Positions 18,202 through 29,800 of a stretch of 64,000 nt of DNA are shown here, in pieces. This DNA comes from a virus. A model generated the notes under the pieces. That model was not told where the DNA came from, searched no databases, and worked only from the letters and a program-made list of their open reading frames with translations. Within the stretch, counting starts at the first letter, position 1. The number at the start of each line of letters is the position of its first letter. Made by a program: the position numbers and the translations under genes. The DNA is taken from IMG/VR virus record IMGVR_UViG_3300025450_000016; one strand, 5' to 3'.

Positions 18202-20151
18202 TTAAATTACTTTCTGTATGTAATACAGAGCGTAATAACTTGGTGTAATATCTACGGCTGTTGCGCCGCCAGCGTTTGCTGTACTGCCCGACAAAGTTAT
18301 GCTGTGTGTATGTACATCAACCGGTGTTAATGTAGTGGTTGTGGCCACTGTGATTCCTGTTGTTGCTGTTTGAGTCTGGCTATTTCCAGAATCTGCGTTT
18401 AATCCGCCGGCACCTGTGTTGCCGCCACCTGCGTGTAGTGTTTGCGGTGTAGCGTAGGTGTGTGCGTGTCCAGCATCTGATACCACTGATGTGGATGTGG
18501 CAGTATGATTATGAGCTCCCGCTCCACTAGTAGTAGCTGTGATAGCATTGATACTGTGCGAGTGAGTTGGCATTTGTGTAGCTGTCAGTGTCACTGATGT
18601 GTTTCCACCAGTTGAGCCGGGGGTATAAGCGCCGCCAGCTGCAACAACAAACCGATCAACTAAATTTACTGTACCACCTTGGCCATTACAAATATGCCAG
18701 CCAAACGGAATAGTGTTGCCACTGTACATAATGATAGCACCAGTTGGCAACAAACTGTGTACAAACTGTGTGCTGGCAATTGAATCATTTTTTGTTGCTA
18801 CGTTTACGGTGGTTGCTAACGAATTTACTAAATTGGTGTTGGTAAACACATTGTTTGTACCAGCTACACCAGACACATTACCACCAGTGGCCTGTATGTT
18901 AGCAGTGGTCAATTGGCCAACTGTTCCGTTGGTTGCTGTTACTGTTGCCAAATTGGTAGCACTACCGCCGGTGATTTGTGCATTGGCAGTTGAGAAATTT
19001 GTGGCTGTTTCATTTACCACTGTGCTGTTTGTGATATTTACACTACCACCAGTGATTGCAACATTGCCAGATGCAAAATTGGCAATTTGTGCTGTGTTAG
19101 AATTTAAATTTGTCAGTGTGGACTGTGTGGCTGATAATGCAGTTAGTCCTGTTGCAGAGCCACCAGTTACAGTAACATTACTTGAGTTTAGATTTGTAAC
19201 CAAAGCTGTGGCAACTGTTAAATTGGTTAGATTGGCTGTGCCACCAGTGATTGCAACATTGCCAGATGCAAAATTGGCAACCTGTGCTGTGGTAGCAGAT
19301 AACGTTGCTAGTCCGGATACGGCGCCACCTGTAATTTGTGCGTTGACTGTGCTGACTGTGGTAGCTTGGACATTGGTCGATACCACGTTGCCAGTATGTG
19401 TGCCAAAACTGTTGCCGGTGACATTGCCAATGACATTTCCTGTCAATGTTCCGCTAATGGTTGATGCTATCACATTTCCTATAACTGTAGCAGCTTGAAC
19501 TGTGGTTCCTGCTACATTGCCTGTTAAATTACCAACCACGTTGGTGTTTATTGTTGCGCCAGCAATGGTATTGTTAATGGTAATTCCCGGATTGATTCGC
19601 GGAAATCCTGTGGCGAATCCCGAAGGAGTAAAAGATGTGTCGGTGCTAAATGTTGCAATAACAACGTTACCGTATTGCAATTTTAATATGTTGTGCGATA
19701 GCCCTGATGTACCTGCATCATCTACACTGACCGGAATAGCACCACTTACACCTTGTGCTTTTGTGTAGATCGGACCAACAGGTTTAAACTGCCCCTGGTC
19801 CCAAATACTCATTTGGTTGGTTGTAGTATTGAACCAAATGTCGCCATCTTTTGATATAGCGGGTTGAATACCCGAATTGGTAACACCTGATACTGGAACG
19901 TAACCCTGTGTTGTATAAACTTTTAAAATTTGATTGGTTTTATCAAAATACAGCTGACCTTGCAAAGAAATACCACTTGGAGATGTTGGGCCAGCAAAAT
20001 TTTCCAGTAAGTGTACTAGATTTTCGTTAAGAAGAGATCCATATCCTACAAAATTAGGACCAGGCAATGTCAACGCAGTGGTGGTATCTACTGTACCATC
20101 TTGTATGGTAATTAAATTAGTACCGTCTGCTTTAGTAACTGTGTATGGCAT
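18202..20151 (-). CDS. tail fibre with C-terminal tail-collar domain
   Basis: Same N-terminal domain; LPTGAIIMYSG..GWHICNG..NLVDRFVV..QMPTHSH..HTH..PSYYALYYIQK (collar plus HxH repeats). Confidence 0.8.
   Translation of the reverse strand: MPYTVTKADGTNLITIQDGTVDTTTALTLPGPNFVGYGSLLNENLVHLLENFAGPTSPSGISLQGQLYFDKTNQILKVYTTQGYVPVSGVTNSGIQPAISKDGDIWFNTTTNQMSIWDQGQFKPVGPIYTKAQGVSGAIPVSVDDAGTSGLSHNILKLQYGNVVIATFSTDTSFTPSGFATGFPRINPGITINNTIAGATINTNVVGNLTGNVAGTTVQAATVIGNVIASTISGTLTGNVIGNVTGNSFGTHTGNVVSTNVQATTVSTVNAQITGGAVSGLATLSATTAQVANFASGNVAITGGTANLTNLTVATALVTNLNSSNVTVTGGSATGLTALSATQSTLTNLNSNTAQIANFASGNVAITGGSVNITNSTVVNETATNFSTANAQITGGSATNLATVTATNGTVGQLTTANIQATGGNVSGVAGTNNVFTNTNLVNSLATTVNVATKNDSIASTQFVHSLLPTGAIIMYSGNTIPFGWHICNGQGGTVNLVDRFVVAAGGAYTPGSTGGNTSVTLTATQMPTHSHSINAITATTSGAGAHNHTATSTSVVSDAGHAHTYATPQTLHAGGGNTGAGGLNADSGNSQTQTATTGITVATTTTLTPVDVHTHSITLSGSTANAGGATAVDITPSYYALYYIQKVI
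19046..19280. repeat. 40-bp perfect direct repeat inside the tail fibre gene (19046-19085 and 19241-19280)
   Basis: CCACCAGTGATTGCAACATTGCCAGATGCAAAATTGGCAA occurs twice, 195 bp apart, encoding ANFASGNVAITGG on the minus strand. Confidence 0.9.
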
Positions 20152-20189
20152 ATATATTTTATCTTTGTTATTACTTATTTATCGTATTT

Positions 20190-21548
20190 TTACGCTGTTA
20201 ATGTCCAGTTGCCCGGGGTACTCCACCGGTGCGTTACCCATCCATCATTGACTGTGATGCTGTCGCCGCCGGTAAAAAATGCCGATAGTGCTTGATATTG
20301 CACTATCACTGTGCCTGATCCCCCGGTACCACCATTGGTATAAGAGCTGTGCATACTACCACCCCCGCCGCCACCAGTGCCATCCTGTCCATTTCCGCCA
20401 TTTCCCACACCGCCTCCGCAGTTGGCATTTCCGCCAGGTCCTGTACCACCGGGTCCTTGATTTCCGTAGCCACCACCACCGCCTCCGGCCAATTGAAAAG
20501 TCAGACCGCCCTGGGTTATGGTTAAACCAGTACCGCCATCACCGCCGGTATCGCCGTTGCTTTGATTTCCCGGGCTGTTGTAGCCACCGCCGCCGCCACC
20601 ACCAGCTTGTCCATAGCCTTGCCAAATACCAGTTCCGCCGCTATTTCCTTGTCCGCTTACACCCGAGCCGCCACCGTGCGTATTTACATATCCGCAACCA
20701 CCGCCGCCTGAGCCGCCATCGCCCACTGTTTGGTTTGGAGTTCCCCAGCCACCGTTGCCGCCACCAATGGCCAACAACGGGTTTCCAGTAATTACTGGAG
20801 CTGTCATTCTGGTATGCCATACCACATTTCCGTAGCGATCGTAAAGGGCTGCAGCAAATAGTGCTGGTCCGCCATCATTGAGTGCCTGTACAGTAATTGT
20901 TTGCACCCCAGCATTGACAAAAAACGAACCTGATCCATTGGTACTGCCCCAATCGTCGTTGCCAACCACATAGTTACCATCCACGTACACTCTGATATGA
21001 TTGTCAGCCGATGCTGTGATAGTATAGTAGCCGCTGGTAGCAACATTTACGATGTAGTCCACTGTGACCCACGAGCCCACTGGGCTTACAAAATCTTGAC
21101 TGGTCCAAACTCCATATGTGTTTAGAAATCCGTTGTATACTGGGTATGTGCCAGCGTAAACTGGTCGATCGACTCCGCCAATTACACTTGGTTGTGGTGT
21201 TATTCCAAAATAACTATTTTGTCCACTGGCGTTTGCGCCACCGCCTGCACCCACTGTGACATAGTGCGGTTGACTGACAGAAAGCTCAACATTGTTTTGC
21301 ATCACTACGCCGCCGGCTCCGCCACCGCCTCCGCCTTCCCAACCGTAGCCAACACCTCCGCCACCGCCACCGGCAACTACAATTACATTGGCAAACACAT
21401 TGGGTGGCCAAAATTGTTGCCACTGTCCATTCTTTTTATTCCAACCAGCACGTATGCTCGATGCGTGTCCAGCCGACGTATTCACATAAGGCGCAGCAAC
21501 TGATTGCCACACGCCATTGTTGTTGACAAATATTCCGCGGCCGGCCAT
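20190..21548 (-). CDS. glycine-rich virion protein with PA14/lectin-like beta-sandwich insert
   Basis: VAGGGGGG..GGGGAGG repeats flank YYTITASADNHIRVYVDG..NDGGPALFAAAL. Confidence 0.65.
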   Translation of the reverse strand: MAGRGIFVNNNGVWQSVAAPYVNTSAGHASSIRAGWNKKNGQWQQFWPPNVFANVIVVAGGGGGGVGYGWEGGGGGGAGGVVMQNNVELSVSQPHYVTVGAGGGANASGQNSYFGITPQPSVIGGVDRPVYAGTYPVYNGFLNTYGVWTSQDFVSPVGSWVTVDYIVNVATSGYYTITASADNHIRVYVDGNYVVGNDDWGSTNGSGSFFVNAGVQTITVQALNDGGPALFAAALYDRYGNVVWHTRMTAPVITGNPLLAIGGGNGGWGTPNQTVGDGGSGGGGCGYVNTHGGGSGVSGQGNSGGTGIWQGYGQAGGGGGGGYNSPGNQSNGDTGGDGGTGLTITQGGLTFQLAGGGGGGYGNQGPGGTGPGGNANCGGGVGNGGNGQDGTGGGGGGSMHSSYTNGGTGGSGTVIVQYQALSAFFTGGDSITVNDGWVTHRWSTPGNWTLTA

Positions 21549-21551
21549 TGA

Positions 21552-23126
21552 TTAACCTACCTGAAACCAGAAGTCGCCGTTGTTTCCGCCACTGGGTGGA
21601 TTAGGTGATACTGTATAATTAAATTTTTGTGCTGCAATAGCGCCAGTTACAAATGCTGTAGTAGCCAACTGTGTGCTGTTGGTGCCAGCAGGAGCAGTAG
21701 GTGCTGTGGGTGTTCCAGTAAATGCTGGACTACCAATGTTGGCCTTGAGTGCCAAGTCAGCATTGAGTGTGTTGATCAATGATGCTTCAAACGCTGAAAT
21801 TTGTGTAGACAATGCAGCATTTAATGCAGAACTGGTTGTATCAACATAAGCTGTACTGGCTATAACTGTGTTGTTGGAATTCAAAGTCGCTGTTGGAACA
21901 GTAGGTGTTCCTGTCAATGCTGCACTATTCAATGGCGCCAATGTTGGAATAGTGTTGTTGATGCTGACCACATTGCCTTGTAAAGTGGCAATTTGACCGG
22001 AAAAAGTAGCTACATTGGAATTTAATGCTGTGGATACTGCGTTGACGTTGGCGTTGATATTGTTTGTAGCTGTGTTTAAATTGGTTGCTGTATCTGACCG
22101 CAAAGTGTTGATGTTTGCTGTCAATGCGGCCACTGCAGAATTCAAATTGGTAGTGGTTGTTTGTGCCAACAATCCAATATTGGCGTTGAGAACCACAACG
22201 TTTTGATCAACGTAACTTTTATTTGTTACCGAATTTGGGTTACTGGCACTGGTCAACGGTATAGGCATTTGAGGAACGCCGTCGATGCCAGAAATTGACA
22301 ACGAGTGTGTGGTTCCGTTGATGGTATTGACATATACTTCAATGTTGCCAGAAAAATTGCGATTTTGTATAGTTAATGATTTGTTACCAAACGATAAACT
22401 GGCATCACCAAGTCGTAAGTTTCCGTTGACGCTGATATCTTGTGCAAATGTGCTGGCAATGTCTGTTCTGGCATAGTTGGCTGCTATTGCTCCGCCTAAA
22501 GCTAGGGCGTTTAAAGTTGTACCGTTTACAGTTACGAGATTGCTTAGATTGATACCAGGCTGTATGTCGCCAAAATGTGCAATGGCAGTTTGAGGAGTAA
22601 ATTCAGGGTCAAAGCTGGCAATGGAAATTCTATTGCCATTGGTATATGTGCTTACCACTGTGTGCCCGTTGCCGGCACTATCAAGTATGGTTTCAACTAT
22701 GTCGCCGCTTAGACCTTGTGTGGCCGAATAAGGAGGCCCTACAACTACCCACTCAGCACCGTCCCAAGAAAATAATTGTTTGTCGTTGATAGAATACCAT
22801 TGGTCGCCCAATTTGTTTTGAGTAGGAGCAGTTTGACTAACAGTACGTTCACTTACTGGTATCCAATTGGTACCATTGTACACACGTATTCTAAGATTGG
22901 CAGTATCATACCATAGTGTTCCTTTTAAAGGAGTGTATGCGCCATTTTTGTTGGGATCTTGTTCGCTGGCAAAATTTTCCAACAGTCTAACAAAGTTTTC
23001 GTTTTGAAATTCACCGTAGTTGGTATAATTACGACCAATCAAGGTCACGCCTAGATCGCTGTTGGTTGTACCGTCCAATAGGTCAAATAATTTAGTACTG
23101 TCGGTTGTGGTAATAGGGTAACTCAT
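21552..23126 (-). CDS. tail fibre protein
   Basis: Shared fibre N-terminus, coiled-coil-like shaft, two SxALTGTPTxPT..xxATTAFV repeats. Confidence 0.8.
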   Translation of the reverse strand: MSYPITTTDSTKLFDLLDGTTNSDLGVTLIGRNYTNYGEFQNENFVRLLENFASEQDPNKNGAYTPLKGTLWYDTANLRIRVYNGTNWIPVSERTVSQTAPTQNKLGDQWYSINDKQLFSWDGAEWVVVGPPYSATQGLSGDIVETILDSAGNGHTVVSTYTNGNRISIASFDPEFTPQTAIAHFGDIQPGINLSNLVTVNGTTLNALALGGAIAANYARTDIASTFAQDISVNGNLRLGDASLSFGNKSLTIQNRNFSGNIEVYVNTINGTTHSLSISGIDGVPQMPIPLTSASNPNSVTNKSYVDQNVVVLNANIGLLAQTTTTNLNSAVAALTANINTLRSDTATNLNTATNNINANVNAVSTALNSNVATFSGQIATLQGNVVSINNTIPTLAPLNSAALTGTPTVPTATLNSNNTVIASTAYVDTTSSALNAALSTQISAFEASLINTLNADLALKANIGSPAFTGTPTAPTAPAGTNSTQLATTAFVTGAIAAQKFNYTVSPNPPSGGNNGDFWFQVG

Positions 23127-23130
23127 AGTA

Positions 23131-23775
23131 TTATCCGATCGAGCTTAAATTGGTCAGGGTTTGAATTCGCACAGTATAATCAATTTGAATTAATCTATTA
23201 AGAGCTTTTTGCACTGGGTGGAATACCACGTGAGTCAATAACAATCCAGTGGAAGTTAGTCCGCTAGTGCCATTAATGCTGCGACCGCGCAGACCTAATT
23301 CGTCAAATACAAATTCGTTGTTTAGACTTTGGCTAACGTCAAAGTAATCTTGCCCGTTGGGCTCACCGTAGTCTAACAAACAGCTGACCAGAATATCAGT
23401 ATAAATTGTGCCAGGAATATGGCTCACTGTCATTTTGTTGTTGCTGGGATCTTTGTTGGCCACCGCAGTATCGTCAATCACTTTGGTATAAGTTGGATTG
23501 TATAAATTGCTGTTTTGTCCTGTGGTGTTGGTTGGCAAATAGGTAATAATGCCAGTGGTGTCTACGCTGGTACCACCATTGCCAAAATTCATTTCGTAAA
23601 TAAAGTTCTCGCCTTTGTTGGCAACAGAACTGGCCAATGCTCGACTAAAATTTTCATAGTGGATTGCATTGGGTTTATCAATGTAGACCTGCCCTGACTC
23701 GGGGTCAAAAATTTTGATATGACCACGTACATAAATACCAGACTGTTCATCTGGGCGTTTTTGTGTATTTTCCAC
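23131..23775 (-). CDS. baseplate wedge subunit (ORF track start 23817; probable start GTG 23775)
   Basis: GHIKIFDP..NAIHYEN..FDELGL..LLTHVVFHPVQK motifs. GTG at 23775 follows GAGG, and the late promoter motif at 23808-23814 lies inside the longer ORF's first codons. Confidence 0.6.
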   Translation of the reverse strand: MENTQKRPDEQSGIYVRGHIKIFDPESGQVYIDKPNAIHYENFSRALASSVANKGENFIYEMNFGNGGTSVDTTGIITYLPTNTTGQNSNLYNPTYTKVIDDTAVANKDPSNNKMTVSHIPGTIYTDILVSCLLDYGEPNGQDYFDVSQSLNNEFVFDELGLRGRSINGTSGLTSTGLLLTHVVFHPVQKALNRLIQIDYTVRIQTLTNLSSIG

Positions 23776-23813
23776 TTGTTTTTCCTCTAAATTTTGTTTG
23801 TTATCAGTATTTA

Positions 23814-26800
23814 TCACGGTGTTTTACCCCCGGCTGCAGTAACACTTGGACTGTTTTTCAAGAAAGCAACCTGCGCTGTTGTACTGTTGTACAAGCCTGT
23901 GCCATCTGTTGCTGTGCCGTATGGGCCTGGGCTGTACCAAATTTGTGATTTTGAAACTGTTGAACCGGCTGGTACTGTGATTTTTCCATCTACGGTTACA
24001 TTGCCCAAGATATAAGAACTCACAATGTAGCTGTCAGCTTCAACTCTGTTGATTTGCAGTTTGCTGGTTGAATTGCTAAATGAATCTTCGTCAAATCCGT
24101 CTGCAGTGTCAAAAAACTCAGGACGTCCTTGAGTGCCAATAATTGATCCGCTAGTAATAATGGCACCAAAAGAACGCTGATTTGATACTGTTTCAAGTGC
24201 TCTTAGTGTAACACTCACCGCAGTATTACCTTCAAATGCATAGGTTACGTTGCCAGCTGCCAGTACATTTGCAAACTTGGATGTAGCTATGTTTGCCGAC
24301 GATATTGGTGTGATATTTGATGTTGGGAATGTGGCAGAATACACATTACCTGTGGTAATATAAGTGTTGCCACCGCTGTCAAAAATATATGTGTGCAAAG
24401 GAAACGCTGTGTTGGCTGTCCAAGTTTTAGTGCCAGGGCCATAGACATTTCCGGTAACAGTATAACTGTTTCCGTTGTAGTAGGTTAGAACTCCAGGTTT
24501 TATTGTGGTACCAGGTTGCCATAAATCCACAGTGGTCAAACTGGTGATGATATCACCAACATTGACGCTTATGTTTGCTGTAGTTGTAATTCCATATGCA
24601 ACCACATCAGTTGCTTGGTAAGTTGTTGCCTGACTCAATGTTGTTGAGGTAACTGCGGTATTGGGAATCTGTTGTGTTGCACTAGAATCTACCACTCGAC
24701 TGCCGGCTGGATGTATGTTAGCTGTTGCGGTTCCGTCAACTCCGCGTCTAATTTGTGCCAAGGTATTGATACTGACTTGTTCAATTTGTGTTGGTGCTAC
24801 ATTTGCAAAATCTATGGCATAAACGTTACCAGTGGCCACATAAACATTGCCAACGTAACTGATCAAACTTCCAGCAGGTACTGTAATGTTTGGTTGCCAA
24901 GGAATAGGAGTTTCCAATGCATAGTTTCTCCAGTAAGCAATTTTTTCTCCGTTGATGAAAACAATGCCCGGTGTGCTGGATATCTGATTGGGGGCCGGCA
25001 AACGTGTAGCATCAACTACACTGATAGTTGTGTCGGTCATTGCTAAATCTTGGGCTAATGCTGTGGTTGATGCCGCGGCAATTCGATAATAAGATCTCTC
25101 GCTTTGCATATTATCAAAATATCTCCAAGCAATATTGTCAGTTTGATAAACACTCAAATTAAAACTGTCAAACATACGACCCGGTATTAATTCTTCGGGT
25201 GCGTGACTGACATAGCTGTTTACATAGCTGCCACCATCCACATACACATTGGCCATATCAATGCCCAGGTTGTCGGAATATTGACTTTGTATAATAGTAT
25301 CTACTGTGGTACCCAGGTATGTGTTGCCTTCAATGATCACCCCAGGATAATTTATTCCGTCGCTGATCAAACTCAAATCAACATTGCCGTTGTAGGCCAC
25401 AATGCGATCATTGGCATTGTCAAAGTCTGCGGCAGAAATTTTGACAATTTGGGAAGGAAAGTTGACTGTGTTTGTTACAGTATTTCCAGTGATCACGTAG
25501 TTGTTGCTCAATCTAAATAGATGTGTATCCAACACTATGACTGAGTTGGCTGCAATAGTTTGTCCCAAACTTGCACTAACATTGCTTGATATATTGCTCC
25601 AAAACACAAAAGTGTTTGGGTTGGTATATGTGGTACGGTCAAATTTGATATTGGTTTTGATGCTTCTGACCACGTTGTGTCCCGAATTGTTTCCGGTATA
25701 TTCGTTTCTCAGTATTGGGTTAACTATTGCACCCGCGCCTGTGCCGTTGACAACTATGGTCGGAGTCGATGTATAACCAGATCCAGGGCTGATCACACGA
25801 ATTTGATTGATCTGGCCGTATGAGTTAATGGATGCAGACAAATTGGCTCCGGTACCACCACCACCGGTAACAATAAGTTGCGGAGGCAAGGTGTAACCCG
25901 ATCCAGGGTTCTCTATGCTTACATCAACAATTTTGTAGGTGTAGTTGTTGGACCAATTTTGGTAGGTACTACTAGATAGCAAGGCAACGTCAGTACTTTG
26001 TGTTCCGTCTGGTGCTCTGTAAGTTTTTAAATTGGCGTCCCAGTATGCCGGCAGGTCAAAGTCTGTTATGTCTCCGGCATACGGATCATTGCGTTTGTAA
26101 TTGATAACAAATTCGCGCAGTATGGTTCTGTATGGTTTAACTTCGTTGATGTACTCTAGATAATAATCTTGGTTGTCTTTGATGTAGGCCGGGAAAGTTT
26201 CTAATTTTCTAATATCTTGTGTGGCCGATACAAAGCTGGTTTTAAATACCCAATCTAGATTTTTCTGTTCACTAAGCACATACTTGACCATTGAGAAGAA
26301 AATTTGATTGTAAGTCAACGCCAAGTCTTCAATGAAAATTTCTTTTTGCATTGCAGAAATAATTTGTCTCAATTCTTTGCTTGGAATAGCGCCAGTGGTG
26401 ATTTGTAAGGTGCCGTTTTGTATTCCCACCAATGTTTTGGTAAGGTCGCTGTTGATCTGATAAACTAAAAATTGTCCGTTACCACCATCCAACACTTTGA
26501 CAAACTGACCAGCTGTCAGTGACAATTTGCCCAGCTCAATGTCATTTTTAACAGTATAGTTGGGAGTGGTAGTTGGATTGTAAGCAGAATCATACCAATC
26601 AGCATAGGTCCAATACAAATCGGTTTTGTAAGTTTGTACTGTTGATACCGTAAATATGCCCACCGTGCCATTACAGCCCGACAGAGTGTATACTGCCCAT
26701 TTGCCCAAATTGGTGCTGTCTGATTTTACCAATACACGACTTTGACCCACAGTTAATGCCGTTGTATCAATGTAATTTAATTCATCAACAGTATCAACTG

Positions 26801-29800
26801 TTAAATCATATGCACCTGAATTGGCAGTAGGTACTGGTTCCTGGCTGAGCAAGGTTGTTAGTACTTTACGTTGTGTTACTGGATAGGTTAATAATTGTGT
26901 GTTGACCAAAGTAACATAGTTAATCAGGGCCAACGGCTGATCCACAAACATTGTTTGTCTTGGACGAATATTGATACCGTAGGCCTGTGCCGGAGTTAAC
27001 GCAGGATCAGGAACAACATTGCCAAATTTGTCAACCCCAGCAAGACTGTCAATAAACTTGGCCAATATTGCTGCAGGAATAACGCTGTCGGCATTGCCTT
27101 CTTGTACCAACGCATACTCGTTGTGTATTAAATCTGCATCAGGACTAAAACTGCCCAAATGCAATACAGTATTTTTTGCTACCAAGTATTGATTTACATT
27201 GTACAAGGCCACGGTGTCATTGCGTAAAAATGCCGCATATGGAATTCCTTGACTCAAAGGATTTTCAATGGCAGAAACAATACTGGAAACGCTGTTGTAT
27301 TTGCCGGCCGCTGTGTTGGCCACATCTCTGCCCGACACCCAGAAATAATACTTCAACTGTACTGATCCTGATTGATCAATGTATCCATATGTGCTGTAGG
27401 CGCTGTCATTGCTGTATAAAGGTGTACCCACGTCAGAATACTGACTTGGCGGTACGGTGCTTTCTACCCATTCGTAAACATCAATTGAGCTGCCAGGGAA
27501 TCGATTGCCCCATTGGTTTAATCTATAGATCAATTCATCTTGTTCGTAGTCTACGTAACGTACAGTATCCAAATTCCACCAAATTTTACCTACCTGAGCA
27601 GGCCCCCAGTGGTAATCGTTGTGTATGGTCAGACCAGGATTTAATGTAACATTACCGGCATTGTAAAGTGCTGGATCTTGTGTGCGTTGATAATCAATGT
27701 CTCTGGCAACAAAATTTAACACTTTTCCTTTGTTGGGATCAACATAGTCTATTGCAGCTAAAATATTGTTGTTGACTTTGTTGTACAAAAATGTTCGGTT
27801 GATGCTGTTGATATCAACTTGGGGTTCTTGATTTCTGATCACTGTCCAAGAATTATCTACAGCGTCATATTGGTATACTCCCCACTCACCTGTGTTGTAA
27901 TTATCAACCCAAACTTTATCGCCAGTGATCCATCCGCCGGGTGGTGTAACTGATGCAATACCAGAAGGTGTTGCCACTCTAACCGATGCAAATTTATATA
28001 CTGCACCATTGCCCTGTACCGGAGCCGGAATCAGTGCAACTAAGTTGGCCACGTTGGTAATGGCTATAACAACAGAATTGTTGTTGTTGATTTGAATTAC
28101 TTTGTACATTCCATCAAACACTGATGTGTTGTAGGTGGGCGACGAGGGATTCAAGTCAATATTGAAATTGTTTAACAGTATGTAATCACCAACCACAAAT
28201 GAATGTGTAGAATTGAATGTCAGCTGTGCGTAGTTGTCTAAATTGTAAGTGAGTGTGGTTGCTGTCAATCCGGTGTTGTTGATTCTAAACACATTCCATT
28301 GTTGATTGTTATCTTTGGCTACCCATACATAATTGCCCACTGTTACTGCTGGTGTAACGGTGTTGGTTATATCAAAAATAGTTGCGTCAACATCGTTGAC
28401 ATTGACATATCCAGCAGTTGGTAAATCTTGAGGATATGCTGTACCTGTTCTATTGTTGTACAGTGATGTGCTTACGCTGGACAAATTGCTGGCATTGTAA
28501 ACGTTAGACAATTTTAAATTGGCATCCAACTTCAAGTCCACAATGATATTGCCAGTGGAATAAGAATCAGTTGTTAATGTAAATGCCACAGGATTTGTTT
28601 TGAACACACTTTGATCTAGAATAAATTCTGTGTATTGATTTCTAGCTAGGTCACCGTACTGTCCAACGCGGAACGCCCATTCTTCGTAGGTGGTGATACT
28701 GCCGCCCACGTTGTTAAAGTTGGCTTTGGTCAATGCGCTGACAGAATTGATTGTGCCTTTTTGTTTGATATAACCCTGGTATAATTTTGTTTGATTTTGC
28801 ACAGATATACCTAGATCAGTCAAGTAAGGACGCTGTCTAAATCCTATTAGGCCAGCACTGAATGCCTGAAAATCTTCGCTGACAGGCGGACGATCGATAT
28901 CGTATATTCTTTCAAACTCTTGAGCATTTTGACCAAAGCTGGGCAGTAATCCAGTTTGAATATCAGATTTGCTGATACTGGTCCACTGCTGTGGATTAAA
29001 TGTTTCGCTGGCATCTAAATCAGTTTTGGTAACATAAATTTGATTGCTGTAGGTAACTATGTCGCCAGACTTGTAGTCTGTTCCTGGTTCCCACGTAACT
29101 ACTGTAAAGTCACTGTAGACAAATCCTGGAGCATCAAGTGCGCCAGTCCAAGCGCCAGTTTTAGATCCGGTCAATCGTAAACGATATTGACGACTGCCCA
29201 AACTTGGTACATAGATAATGTCGCCAAAGTCACTGACATTGTCCAAGATCAACACGTGCTCGTACTGTATCAAATTGAATTTGCCATAACACATTGGCGT
29301 ACCGTTGACTGTACTCACAACTGTTTGATTGCCATTGACAAAGTTTTCTTTTCTCAACACATTGAAATCATTGCTCTTGATGGTTTTATAATTTTGATCT
29401 AACAATTTACTGCTGTTTGGCAAATTGGTAATTTCGTCTACAACCATTTGAGTAGAATTGATAGTCACCGATGTGGCTGCTGGATTTAGTAAGATAATTG
29501 TGCCAATGTCCCAACCCTGTTGTGCCCAGTATAAAAATTCTTTGACACTCAATTTCCAATCACGCACCTCACTGAGATCGTAATCAAAGTCAGTAAACAC
29601 AAAACCTTGACTGGTCAAGTATCTTTGATAGCTGAATAAAAAGTCTGCCAACTGTTGTTCGTTTACAAATACTGTACCATATGGTATGGTCATTGTTTCG
29701 TTGGCGCTGTCTTGGTACAGGTTCACTGTTAGTCCATTGACAGTTACCACGTCAACTGATCTGCTTACCGCACTTGGAATAATGGTAAAATACGGATTGG

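Noticed and set aside
18713-19768. Long antisense ORFs over fibre genes, and similar shadow ORFs across the window (e.g. 20279, 39961, 44120, 57785)
   Set aside because: They lie within clearly identifiable genes, have no motifs or RBS, and are expected from codon bias in low-complexity sequence.
18202-20151. Many N-x-S/T sequons in the fibre shaft as evidence for N-glycosylation
   Set aside because: The protein is so Asn/Thr/Ser-rich that the count looks compatible with chance; enrichment was not tested.
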